Below, piece by piece: positions 25,541 to 38,184 of a stretch of 64,000 bases of DNA. The stretch lies in the NCBI GenBank assembly GCA_963575745.1, contig CAUYUJ010000002.1:620001-684000 (forward strand), read 5' to 3'. The stretch is from Prorocentrum cordatum. Lineage: Eukaryota. The translations under genes and the position numbers were made by a program. Each line of letters starts with the position of its first letter. Position 1 is the stretch's first letter. A model generated the notes under the pieces. That model was not told the origin of the DNA, searched no databases, and saw nothing but the letters and a program-made list of their open reading frames with translations.

Positions 25541-26919
25541 GCCGGCTGGGCTCCTCCCTCTCCCTCCCCCCCCTCCCCTCCCCCCCTCCCCCCCTCCCTC
25601 CCTCCCCCTCTCCCTCCCCCTCTCCCCCTCCCCCTCCCTCCCCCCCTCCTCCCCCCTCCCTCTCCTCCCTCCTCCCTCCCCCTCCCTCCCTCCCCTCCCT
25701 CTCCCTCCCTCCTCCCTCTCCCTCCCCCTCCCCTCCCCTCCCCCAGGCCGCACCGGCCAGGCCCTGGTGGTCACGCGCGAGGCGCCGGCTCCCCCCGCGC
25801 GGAGGGGCCCGGGGCCACGAGTGCCTCTGCCCGGCTCCAGCGCCTCGCCTCCCTGGCTGCCCCCCCCTCCATCCTCTCCCCTCTCCCTCGCCCTGCCTCT
25901 CCCTCCTCTCCCTTTCCCTCCCTCTCTCCCTCCCTCCCTCTCTCCCTCCTCTCGGTCTCCCTCCCTCTCCCCTCCCTCCAGCGCCGCCCTCGGCGCGCTC
26001 CGCGCGCCAGAGGGGGGGTCCAGGGTTCCGGCGCCGATCCAAGAAATCCGCGCGAAGCCCCGAAAAGGTTATGTTTATGCAGCTTTTTGTTCTTCTCATT
26101 CTGACTCCCTTCCTCCCCCCTCTCGTCCTCTGGTTCCACCCCCCCTGGACGGAGGGATGAGGGAGCGAACGGACGAAGAGGACTCAGGGCTCGGAGATGA
26201 GTTAGGCCATCACCAGGCCCCAGGATCGTAACAAGAGCAATTCGGGATGAGAATCGTGGTGAGGGATACTTAGGATTATGATGTTCCAGCCTACGTTAGC
26301 ATTGATCACCACAAAGAACTTCGAGCACCAAGAGAGTACCCACACGGGATGGTCTTCACGCGTCGGGCCCTGGGTGGCGATACTCGTTACTGTTTCGATA
26401 CTGTTCTGGGATGTGGTCCTTAACTGAAGTACGATGGGAGCAACATCAAATTAGGAGAACGACGAGGAGAAGGAGGATGACGAAGAACGAGGGACGGCGA
26501 CGATGGAGTCGCAGCGGCGACCACGACGACGACGACGGGGGACGAGGACGAGGACGAGGAGGTTGGGGACGACGAGGATACAGTGGTGGCGGAGGAGGAC
26601 GACGACGACGAGGTGGACGACGAAGAGGAGGACGGGACGAGGCAGAGGAGATGGAGGAGGAAGAGGAGGAGGAGGAGGAGGCGGAGGAGGAGAGTGAAGG
26701 GGGATGACGAGGACGAGGATGCGGGTAAGGAGGAGAAGAGGGAGGACGATGGCGATGACGAGTGAAACACTGACGCGTACTTGCGCCACAGGTGCAGCAT
26801 CATGGCGCTCTGCCCGCCGCTGAGAGGAAGAGAAAACGAGGCGGAGGGAGGCGCCAAGCGCCAGTAGGCATGCGCAGCCTTCTCCTCCTCCTGCTCCTCC
26901 TCTTTCCCCTTCTCCATTA

Positions 26920-27760
26920 TTTTCCGTGTAACTCCCCCCTGTCGTACCCCGAGGCCGGTCGAAGGGCGGGCTGGGCGTTTCGCCTGAGATTTGTGCACCA
27001 GTCATGGCCTTGATGCTGACACATTGTCAACAGCTTCACAAATTGAGAGCCGGTCGCTTTCAAAATGTGGCTCTCGCCTCAGCGCCGCGCACACTCGTTC
27101 TAACCATTTGCGAGACTCTCACGATTTGAAAGTGTGTGGTTTTCAAAATGTGACTCTCGCCTTAGCGCCGCGCACATTCGTTTCAAACAAATGCAAAAGT
27201 TTCACGGGTTGAGGGCGAGTCGTTCTCCAAACGTGGATCTCGTTTTAGCGCCGCGCAGATTTGTTTTAAACGTGTGCAATGTGTGTCACGGATTGCGGGC
27301 GGTTCGTTTTTAAATGTGGTTCTCGCTTTAGCGCCGCGCACAATCGTTCTATACATTTGCGAGGGTTTCGCGGATTGAGGGCAGTTTGTTTTCAGCATGT
27401 AGTGTTCGCCTTAGCGCCGCGCACGTTCTTCGCAAATGTTTGCAAGAGTTCCATTGGCTCTTCTGGTTTACGTACCAGAGATGGCGTCTTGAAACGATTA
27501 AGGATTGTCAGGGCACAACAGTTACGTTGATTCGCGTTGCTCGAGTCTCAGGAAAGGTGTCCTGGCACGGTTCAGGATCGCCAAGGCGTATCAGTCTGGT
27601 TAATTCGTGGCGTCGAAGTTCTGAGGATGTTGACACATTTACCCTCCAACGTGGCAATCCCCTCAGTGGAAATAACCCCTTGCAAGGAGCCTGTGAAGAG
27701 GGATCTTGGAGAGAGGGTCTGTTTCAACATCGTTCTTGAGTCTTGGGTTTGCACTGGTCC
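26920..27760 (+). mobile_element. Composite SINE-like repeat, copy 3, ending ggtttgcactggtcc(tcc)n
   Basis: Reverse complement of copies 1 and 2, including the internal ctcgccttagcgccgcgcac array. Confidence 0.75.
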
Positions 27761-28059
27761 TCCTCCTCCTCCTCCTCCCCCTGCTCCTCCTCCTCCCCAT
27801 GCTCCTCCTGGCCGGCTGCAGCAGAGAGGAGCCCTTTCCCCGTCCGCTGGGAAGCAGGCGCTCTTCGCACTCCGACCGGGGCGCACGGGGCGGCAGGGAG
27901 CACCCGGGCAGCGGAGGAGGCGGCCCGCCAGGCGGGCTCCGCTTTCGCATCGGCGCGGTGGCCGTTCGTGCCGCAGTTCGAGGCCCCCGCCGCGCCAGCC
28001 GCGCGCCCCGCCCGAAGCCCGCGCGCCGCCGCGCGCGCGCGCTGCGCGCTGGTGTCTTC

Positions 28060-28310
28060 GGAGGCCCCCAGCGGCCCTCAGAGGCGCCCTTGGCGTACCC
28101 GCCCAGGGGCGGCCCTCGGAGGCCCTCGGTGCCCTTCGGAGCCCCTCGGAGCCCCTCGGCGCGCCCCTCGGCGGCCCTCGGAGGCCGTCGGTGCCGTTCG
28201 GCGGCCCTCGGAGGCCCTCGGCGCGCCCTTCGGCGGCCCTCGGAGGCCCTCGGTGCCCTTCGGAGGCCCTCCCTCGGTGGGCCGCGGAGGCCTTCGGGCG
28301 CCCTCCAAGC
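28060..28310 (+). repeat. GC-rich minisatellite (ggccctcggag)
   Basis: Short tandem units cctcggaggccctcgg. Confidence 0.8.
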
Positions 28311-29005
28311 CCTCCGCGCGCGCGCGCGCCCGCCGCTGGAAGGCGGCGGGGCAGCCCGAGGCCCGGCGTGTCGCTCCCGAGAGGGGCTGCGGCGCGCGCC
28401 GTCCTCCCGGCGCTCCTCCGCGGCCCAGCTCCTCCGGCTTCCCCGGGTCCGCTGCTCCTGCCGCTGCTGCTGCTGCCGCCGCCGCCGCCGCCGCCGCTGC
28501 TCCTGCTGTTGCTGCCGCTGCTGCTGCCGCTGCTGTTGCTGCCGTGACGTTGCTCCTCCCCTCCCTCCCCTCCCCCCCTCACTCCCTCCCACTGCTCCCT
28601 GCCTTCCCCTCTCTCCCTCCCCTCCCTGGCATCCCTTGCCTCCCCTCTCTCCACTCCCTTGGTCTGCATCCGCATCTGCGTTGTGCACGCCCATGGCACT
28701 GATCCTAGCATAAGATTGTTTCGCAGATGCGTATACGAGTCTTGAGTCCTGAGTCCCTCCGCTCCTCTGCTCTTCCTGATCGTTCCCCTGCTACCGCTGG
28801 GACCCTTGAAGCTGCTTGTCACCATCCTCCCCCTGTTCTGCCGTAGCGTTGCTCCTTCTTCCCCTCCCTCTCCCCCCTAATCCGCCACCACCTCGTCCTC
28901 CGATGCTCGCAGCTCCCAGGTCCGCTACGACACGCGTCGGCGGATAGAGAAACATATCGGAACGGTGGGAGGGGCAGAACGTCAGATATGGCGCGAGTGC
29001 ACCTA

Positions 29006-29173
29006 CGGTGGGGGCGTTCGTTGAGGAAAGTGCCCAGGAGACGTCAAACCCTGGAGGGTTCCTTATCTCATGAGGGCGACGGCGATATCCATGGCAAGTT
29101 CGCGATTTGAATTCCGCTGGCTTCCAGACCCTGGATTCCTTATCGAAGGTTTCCTTATCCAGTGCCCCCACCG
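29006..29173. mobile_element. Tc1/mariner-type MITE family F with TA TSD
   Basis: TA|cggtgggggc...gcccccaccg|TA; second copy in opposite orientation at 52669-52836. Confidence 0.85.
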
Positions 29174-29726
29174 TAGCTTGCCCCCCTCCCCTCTCTTCAC
29201 TTCACACTCGGGGACCGCGGCAGCTGCTGCTCACCATCCTTCTCCTCCTGTTCGTCCACCCTCCGCCTCCTGTTCCTGCACCTTCTGCCCTTCATCCAAG
29301 GAGAGGAAGGAGTGAGGGAGGGAAGGAGGGAGGGGGGGAGTAGGGGGAGGGTGGGGCAAAGGGGGCACGAGAAGCAGGAGCAAAAGGGGGGACGAGGAGG
29401 AGGAGGAGATGAGGAGGAGGAGGAGGAGGAGGAGGAGGAGCAAGGGAGGGCGGGGCAGGAGGAGGAGCAGGAGGAGGAGAAGCAGGAGAGAGGAGTCAGA
29501 GCATGAGGGATGGGAGGGAAGGAGGAGGAGCAGGATCGGGAGGGGGGGAGGAGGAAAGGGATGAGAAGGAGGACGAGGACTCGCCTCAGCAGGAAGCAGG
29601 GTCAACACGAGCGATGTCAGTGGGAAGTAGTTGGGCACCCGTTGGCTGCCGCAGTGTGCCCCTGCCGAGGGCCTTGCTGCCACCGGTGCGCTTGCGCGGG
29701 ACGCCCTCTCGCTCCCCCCCCTCCTA

Positions 29727-29838
29727 GGGGGCCACATGCGAGCCCTACCCCTACCCCCCACGATTTCTGAGGGGGAGGGTGGGGTTCACTCCGCTCCAGA
29801 AATCATGGGGGGTAGGGGTAGGGTTCACATGTGGCCCC
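29727..29838. mobile_element. MITE family D, complete palindromic copy
   Basis: ggggccacatgcgagccctacccctacccccacgatttctg / cagaaatcatggggggtaggggtagggttcacatgtggcccc, ~40-bp TIR. Confidence 0.85.
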
Positions 29839-30613
29839 TTACCCTCACCCGCGCAGGAGAGGGGAGGAGCAGGAGGAGCAGAGAAGAAGACACCCACGAA
29901 GAGGGAGGAGCAACAGGAGAGAGAAGAGGGCAGAGGAGGTCAGGAGCAAACATGTCGTAGAATGTTCGTAGATAGATTCATGTTTATGCATCTCGTTCGC
30001 AGGTTCGATGAAGCGAATGTGGGGACAACGCAATTCTGCAGTCGTCCCCTGCTCGAGGTCTTGGGCCTAGACTGCAGGCCCCTTCCCCGGGGCCGGATTC
30101 CCGCGGCGGGCCGTTTTCTTCGACGGCCCCCCCCCGGGGCCGCGGCGAGGGCCCCCGCGGTGCCGCAGCTGGCCCCAAGGCCGTCTGCCGTGCCCGCGGC
30201 GCGCGCCGCGACGCCAGCGGGGAGCGCGCCCCTGGGGGGCGGCGGCGCGCCAGGTCGAGTGCCCCGCCGGCGGGAACGCCACGGACGGCGTCTGCGCGGC
30301 GCGGGGCCCAAGCGCCCTCTCGGGGGCCTCCTCCTCCTCCTCCTCCTCCTCCTCCTTCTCCTCCTCCTATTCCTCCTCCAATTCCTCCTCCTCCTCCTCC
30401 TCTTCCTCCTCCTCCTCCTCCTCCGCCTTGCTCGCGCTGGTGCGGCCCCCGGCGGTGGGGATGAGCAGCGGGGCGGGCCGAGGAGGGGAAGAGTCGAGAG
30501 TCGGAGGGAAGGCGAGGGAGAGGGCTTGGCGACAGGCGGGAGGACGACGACGACGACGACAAGACGACGACAAGACGACGACAAGACGACGGCGACGACG
30601 GCGGCGGCGGCCG

Positions 30614-30659
<46 letters not shown>

Positions 30660-32019
30660 TGCGACGGCGGCGGCGGCGGCCGCGGCGACGACGGCGGCGG
30701 CGGCGGCGACGGCGGCGGCGGCGGCGACGACGACAACGAGGACGGTCGGGGGGGGGGCGGGGGGCGAAATACGTTTTCGAATCTTTTTCGTGAGTTCCGT
30801 ATGTGCTCGGGTGTCTGCCAGCCTCGGGTCGCTCTCCAGCAGTTGCGCCTTGCCGAGGGCGTTCTGGGGTCGCCCGGACCGCCCGAACGGCCGCCGAAGA
30901 CCAGAGTTGTGGATTGAAGATGATCATACGGGTCGGGCGAAAGGGGAGATGAAGTTGCTAAAGTTGCTGGCACTGCTTGGCGTTGTGTGGTGTTGTTTGG
31001 CATTGCTTGGCGCTGCTAGGAAACAAGACCTACCAACCCGGGGAATTCAGAAAGGTACGGATACCCAGCAACCCGAGGAGGGCCTGTTCAGACACGGTGA
31101 GGGAACAAGACCAAGCAACCCGAGGAACGCCTTTCCAAATACAGTAAGGCAATAAGACCAAGCGACCCGAGGAGGGTTTCTTCGAAACGTGAAGCAGCAA
31201 AACCAAGCAACAACACTTTGTAAGGCCAGCCAGCGCAGGCTAGGCACCCACCAGTTCTTCAACCACCCCCCCCCCCCCTGCCCCCCCCCACCCCCCATTC
31301 AGCCCGTCTTCCCCCCCTCCCCACTCCCGCGGCCGTTGACCCCCCCCCTCCCCCGACTCTTCTCGGACGGGGCTAGGACGAGGATCAATTCGTTCCAGAG
31401 CGTTCCAGAGCGGTCTCAGAGCATTCCTGAACGCTCTGAGAAGGCAGCAGCGCCCGAGGCACCCTCCAGAGCCGCCAAATCTCAGAGACTCTCGACTTAT
31501 CCTCCACCGATGCTGCCCTCGTCAGGGCTTCGTCTGAACCTCTCTCCCCTTCTCCCCCCCTCCCTCCCCAGACCCCCGACGTCGTGAACTTTTCACAACG
31601 TCGACCCCCAGAGGTCTGGAAACTTTTCCGGGACCCGTTTTCATTATGAGTCATATGATGTTCCAGTTTATTTCAGCCTTGATCGCCAGAAATACTGTCG
31701 AGCACCAGGAGAAATACCGAACCTTGAGGGTTTGCACGTGTCGGGCCCTGGGAGGCGATACTCGTTCGACATTGTTTCGATACTTCTCTGGGTGCTCGAA
31801 GTTGCTTCTGGGGCGTGGTCCTCAAGTACGATGGGAGCAACGTAGCCTGAGTCGTTTTCTTCACGGCCCCAGGGCCCGGCAAGGCCCCCAGAGGCCGAAA
31901 GTTGGGCGTTGCGTGATGGGGGAGTCATAACCCTTATCGGGCGATAACAAAACCCGCTGGGATAATAAAGTTCGCGGTTCCCGCAGGGGATAATAAAGGA
32001 TTATCCCGGGGAAGGTAAG

Positions 32020-32072
<53 letters not shown>

Positions 32073-32135
32073 TTGATGCTGATGCTGATGCTGATGCTGA
32101 TGCTGATGCTGATGCTGATGCTGATGCTGATGGTG
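32020..32135 (+). repeat. (GAT)n and (GCTGAT)n microsatellite
   Basis: Directly visible. Confidence 0.95.
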
Positions 32136-32837
32136 GTGATGACAACGATGGAGGAGGAGGAGAAGGGGGAGGTTAAACCAGGCGCACGACAGAAGCCTGA
32201 CTCGAACGATCTTGGCTCGTGGCTACTTGCCCGCAGAGAGGCGCACTACACAGACATAACTCGAGAGATCTCGAGGCTCGTGGCTACTTGCCCCAGAGGC
32301 GCAGGACACAAGGCTGACTCGAGCGATGTCGAGGCTCGTCGCTGGGCGCTTAGATTGTGCCAGCGCAAGAGAGGTCCTTGGCCGATCTGGCCAAAAAAAA
32401 CGCTTGCGCTGGATTTCGAACCACTCCCATGCAAGCACGGCATCCTTTCGAGCCGTCCTTGCATGGGAGACACTTGGTGCAAAGCTGGGCGGCGGCGCTA
32501 GCCTCCTCCTAGGTGGCGTACTTCGGTTCGGCCGCCGCGGGGTCCTTGCAAGGATTGGACTTGTGTTTAGCCTTGCCCTTGGCCTTGGCGATCGCCACGT
32601 CGTTGTCGCTCGCACCCTTGAGTTTACTGGTGAACTCTTTCCCTCGAGCGACCACGGCGTGGAGAACTGCTGGCATTTGGCGGCCCTCGCCTCGGATCTC
32701 GCGCAGGGCGCGGTCGATCCAGCGACTTGCCCAGAGGCCGCAGCTCCAACCGTCTACTTGGTACATTTGTTGCTCGGTGCTGGGCAATTCTCTCCAGGGC
32801 CAATGGCGCCGAGTTTGCGGAGGATCCTCGTGGCGGC

Positions 32838-33000
32838 CTTGGGGGGGCACGTGCGAACCCTACCCACGATTGCTGAGGAGGAGGAGGAGGAGGAGGGCGG
32901 GGCGCACTTCGCCCGGCAGCTCCCGAGCAAAACGAACCCCACCTTTCCCCCTCAGACATCGTGGCTTCTAGGAGTGAGTTTGCATGTGGCCCGTTTGTGC
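32838..33000 (-). other. GC-AG intron derived from MITE family D
   Basis: cag|gcacaa...ccaag|gcc joins EYAKQ to AATRILRKLG; contains the gggccacatgc and ggtagggttcgcacgtgccc arms. Confidence 0.75.
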
Positions 33001-33078
33001 CTGCTTGGCGTACTCGGACGGGTGCTTGAGGGCTTCGCGGTAGTCCACCTCGACGCCGCCCCCGTCGATCCTCGAGAC

Positions 33079-33193
33079 CTGGCGGGAATTGCCGCAAGTG
33101 CCCCCTGCCCAGGGCGCTTCCAGGATTCGCTCCAAACCGGAGCGAAACGCTGGAGGCACCCTGGGGCGGGGGGGCATTGCAGCAACCGCCGAC
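33079..33193 (-). other. GT-AG intron that is one long hairpin
   Basis: aag|gtc...cag|gtc joins HYAHLK to VSRIDG; the arms pair along almost the whole length. Confidence 0.8.
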
Positions 33194-33543
33194 CTTGAGG
33201 TGCGCGTAGTGCGCGGGCGCCTCGGAGCGCACGCAGACCAGCACGTGCTGGGCCTTGTCGACCCTCTCGGCCCAGCGTTTCTGCTCCTCGGGCTGCTGGG
33301 CGGCGGGTGCGTCCTCGCTCTTGCCCTCCCGAGCCCAGGCGACGGTCACCGTGGGCTCACTCGCTCCTCGATCTCGCCTAGCAGCGCGCGCACCGTGCCC
33401 AGCTCGAGGGTGTCGCCCTTGACGATCTGCTCGCAGTTTATGATCGCGCACTCCTTGGCGAGCGCGGTGCGGCGAGCGTGTCTTGTCTGGCGCCAGTCGA
33501 GCTTCTGCGGCCTGGGGAACTTGTAGTCCTGCTCGATCGTGAC

Positions 33544-33763
33544 CTGTGGCGCTCGGGATTCGCAGGCGTTCGTTAGCTTCCGCTTGCTTCCGCTTTCCTT
33601 CCGCCTGCTTCCGCTTCGCGTTGCTTCCGCCTGCTTCCGCCTGTTTCCGCGCTTCGCGTTGCTTCCGCCTGCTTCCGTTTTCCTCCCTGCTCGCGCCTGC
33701 CAACTTCCGCCTGCTTCCGCCGCCCCAGGCAAAAGCAGGCGGAAGCTAACGAGCGCCTGTGAC
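33544..33763 (-). other. GT-AG introner-like intron with 27-bp IR and GGTCAC direct repeat
   Basis: IR at 33563-33589 / 33733-33759 (2 mismatches); agg|gtcac...cag|gtcac joins SEASR to VTIEQDYK; internal gcggaagc repeats. Confidence 0.8.
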
Positions 33764-35435
33764 CCTCGAAGCCTCGCTGATGCTGATCTGGAAGATCGCC
33801 GCGGTCCCCACCTCGAGGACGCGCGGGCGGCACCCGCTCTCGGTGCCCAGGTCTAGCCAGACGTCCTGCGCTCTGCCGCGCCTGCCCTCGCGGCTGCCCT
33901 CCTCGGTGACGCGCGCCACCTTGCCAGGCCAGGGGAGCTCCTCGCAAGCCTCGAGGCCGCCTTTTTGCTCGGCCATGTCCTGCTTCCTGGCGCCCTCCTC
34001 CGCTTGCGCATTATGCTTGAATTTCTGGGAGAACCTCGCGCGCGGGTTCGGCGTCCTTTCTGCGAGCGTCGCCATGGCCTCTGCCGAGGTGCCCGAGCGA
34101 GGTCTCGCCGCCAGCCATGTCCTTCTCGCGCTGCCACTTGTGAGCGTGCTTGCCCAGGAACTGGCCCGCGAATTTGGACGCCCACCTGTGCTTGCGTTTA
34201 CTTGTCCGTTTCAGCTTGATCTTGTTCTCGAGGGCGGGCGGGAACTTGATGTCCTTGATCCGCTCCTCTGGCGGTTTGACCACGCCTTTCTGCTCGTCGG
34301 TGAGCTCGAGGTCCAGCTTTCGGAGCTCCATGAGGCCGGGGTTCTCGCCCTCCTCGTAGTCCCTCGGCGGATCGTCGTTGTGAAAGCAGTCGCCGTCGAG
34401 GACGCTCCACTCGTGCACTGGCGGCGCGCCCTCGGGCCAGCTCTTCATGCCCTCGAGGCGCTCTTTCGCCGGGCTGCTCTCGATGCCGCGGCCGGCCTCG
34501 GTGGAGTAGCTCCGCGGCCCCGTGCCCGTGGCGACCTTGAGCTCGCCGTGCTCTGTCGGCCGGGGCACGAGCATCTGGTCGGCTTGCATCCCTTGGGGCG
34601 GCACCGCGCCCTTGTTGTGCTCGCGGGAGCGGGTGTAGGCCTCGGAGATGCGGTAGAGGCACTCGCATGGCCCCCAATGTGTCGGGGACTTCTACTCCCT
34701 CTGGGGCTCGGCCTTGGCCTTCTGGAGCCAGTCTTGCTCCATGGCCCAGTGCATCTCGGCCTTGACCTCTCGGATCTTGGCCCTGAGCTGGCTGTGCTCG
34801 CGGGCGTCGGGCTCTTGCAAGAAGTTGCGACAGCGCAACTGCCTCGGTCCACTGGCTCGAGAGGCAGTCTGCGAACACGAGGCTCTGGCCGCGCTCCTGC
34901 CCGATGAAGTCGATGGCCCAGCTTGCCACCAGCTCGTCCGCCCAGGCTCTTCGGCTGCCCCCGCGCGTCGATGGCCTCGAAGGCCCTCGTGCGTTCCGCC
35001 TCAGAAAACTCGAGCAGAGCCTTGCGCCAGCCCTTGAGTAGCGCTCCTAGGGGGCTCGCCTGCTTGGAAGCGCCCCCCCCCGCCAACGCGCCGCTCGCGG
35101 GTGGCGTCTCGCCGCCGGGCGCCCTCCTCGAGGTTCATGCCGCTGACTCGGCAGTGCCTTGCGCAGGGGACAAGGAGCACGCTGCGCCTCTTGGCGGACC
35201 TCGCCCCCCTGCTCGGGTCGAACCAGTTCTCGACCGCGGAGACGTTGATCCGGGTGATCATGTTCTTGTCTCCAGCGCTCGAGTAGGCCTGCTCCACTTG
35301 CTCCTTGTGGTTGGGGCGGTCTGCCAAGTACTTTGCTTTCTCCGTCTCGAAGGCTGCCCTGCCCTGCTCGTTGCGCGTCTCGCCAGACTTCTTCCGGAGG
35401 TTCGCGAGGCGCTTCTTGGCGCCCGCGGCGCGCGC

Positions 35436-35633
35436 CTTCTGGCGGCTCGAAATGCGCGCAGAAAGAATGGGCACTTTGCCCCGCCGTGCCAGCAGCGGCC
35501 GATGTTGGGCAGGCGGCCTTCTGTCTCGACTGGGCGCAGGCCGCGGCGACACCGACGGCGAATCCTGTTCAAAATGAACAGGAACTGCTGTTGGGCATTG
35601 CACCCTTTCCTTCCGCACCCATTTCGCTCGCGC
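35436..35633 (-). other. Probable GC-AG intron formed by MITE family E with GGCGCG direct repeat
   Basis: TIR cgaaatg..gc.ga at 35448 and 35626; body homologous to 46755-46918; ccg|gcgcg...aag|gcgcg; 198 bp and in frame, so read-through is also possible. Confidence 0.6.
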
Positions 35634-35790
35634 CGGGACCTCGGTCTCGCGGACGCGCACTTGACCCTCGCCCCTGAACTTGAGCCAGAGCGCGGTGGCG
35701 TCGACGACGGCCAGCTCGGCGAAGGTCTCGGGGCCCACGCAGAGGAGGCGGAGGTCCTCGGAGCCGCCCTTCGCCACCAGGTGCACGAAC

Positions 35791-35798
35791 CTCGCCCA

Positions 35799-35869
<71 letters not shown>

Positions 35870-35891
35870 GCTACTGCTACTGCTACTGCTG

Positions 35892-35923
<32 letters not shown>

Positions 35924-36399
35924 GCCACTACTGCCACTACTACTACTACTCACTACTACTAACTACTACCACTAACTAACTACGACTACTACTACATCTA
36001 CTACTAACTACTACAACTACTACTACTTAAACGACTACGACTACTACTACTACTCGACCAACTACTACGACTAATGCGCTACTTTTACTACTACTACTAA
36101 CCTACTACCTACACTACTACCTACTACATAAACTACACTTACTACTAACTACAACACTACTAATACAATACTACTACTACTAACTACTACTACTACTACT
36201 GTTACTGTTACTACCTGTACTAACTGTTACTAACTTGTTTACTACTACTACTACTACCAACTACTACTACTTACTACTACTACTACTACGACGACTACTA
36301 CTACTACTACTACGCACTAAAACTACTACTACGAACTGCTGCAACTACTACTACTACTACTACTACGAACAAGTACTACTACTACTACATTAAACGACG

Positions 36400-36430
<31 letters not shown>

Positions 36431-36616
36431 ATAACACACCTACTACTACTACTACTACGAACTACTACTACCACTGAATTACTACTACTACTACACTACT
36501 ACTACTACTACCTACAATTTCTAATTTCCTACGAAACTACTTACTAACCACTACAACTACTACTACTACTACTACCACGATTTCTATCTAACACCACCAC
36601 TATTACTACACTACTA

Positions 36617-36662
<46 letters not shown>

Positions 36663-36689
36663 AACTACTACTACTACTACTACAACTAC

Positions 36690-36757
<68 letters not shown>

Positions 36758-36823
36758 GTACTACTACTACTACTACGACTACTACTACTACTGCTGTTAC
36801 TACTACTACTACTACTACCACTG

Positions 36824-36869
<46 letters not shown>

Positions 36870-37085
36870 GACTGTTACTACTACTATTAATAGTACATGG
36901 TAGGTGTGCCTGGTAGCAGTGCTTGATAGTAGTAATGGCAGTACTACCTGGTAGTAATAATTACTTGTCCCACCTGGTAGTAGTACTTGGTAGTAGTCGT
37001 ACCCGGTAGTAGTAGCAGTAGTAGTAGTAGTAGTAGTAGTAGAATCTGGTAGTGGTAGTGGTAGTAGTAGTAGTAGTAGTAGGTC

Positions 37086-37122
<37 letters not shown>

Positions 37123-37323
37123 TAGTAGTAGTAGTAGTAATAGTAGTATTACCTGGTTGTACTAGTAGTACCTGGTAGTAGTGGTAGTAGTAGTCCTAGT
37201 AGTAGTAGTAGTATCACTTGGTAGTAGTAGTAGTAGTAGTAGTAGTACTTGGTAGTAGTAGTAGTACTAGTACCTGGGAGTAGTAGTAGTAGTAGTCGTC
37301 GTCGTAGTAGTAGTAGTAGTAGT

Positions 37324-37383
<60 letters not shown>

Positions 37384-38184
37384 CAGTAGCAGTAGCAGTA
37401 GCAGTAGCAGTAGCATAGCAGTAGTAAGTAATAGTAGTAGCTAGTAGTAGTGGTAGTGGTAGAGTAGTAGTAGTAGTAGTAATAATAAATAATACTAAAT
37501 AATATAAAATGTTATGAATAAAAATTAGTAGCAGTAATATATTTATATTATGTATGGTGAGTTTTAAATTAAAATAATTATTTTATCATTTAATATTTAA
37601 ATTAATATTTTAGTTTAAGTTTTATATTAATATCGTTTTTTTTTAATTGATATTGATTTCTTATAGATTAATTTAAATTAAGTCATTAAGTCTTGAACTT
37701 ATGATTTCTTTATTTTACATTATATATGATAAATTTTTATTTTTTGCTTTTATTTTTAAATTTAATATTTATTATCATAATTGATTGGATATATGTTATT
37801 AAAGTTTTCCTTGTTCTCCAAAGCCGCCTTTCAGCATAACTAGTGGTTTCTGCGGTTGTAAAATTATCTAATATGTACAAGACTGTCTCAAACCTCGTAT
37901 TAGTAACAGTACTAAGAATAACCAGTAGTGGCCAAGTCGTTGTCGCTGGCCCCCTTTCGCCGCCGCGGGCGCGCGTCGCGCGCTCGGCGGCCCTCGCCTC
38001 GGATCTCGCGCAGGGCGCGCTCGATCCAGAGACTCGTCCACTTACTCGCAGCAGTAGTTGCAGTGTCGAGCAGTACTCGTACTGATCACTACGAGTCACT
38101 ATTTTCCGACAACCACTACTACTAGTAGTATTACTGATTACGACCGCTACTACGACGAACTACTGCTACTACGATTCGTACTGC
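35791..38184 (-). other. 2.4-kb GC-AG intron made mostly of (CTA)n then (TAG)n microsatellite plus an AT-rich block
   Basis: gac ag|gcagta...gggcgag|g ttc gtg cac joins TWATADR to FVHLVAKGG in frame. Confidence 0.65.
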
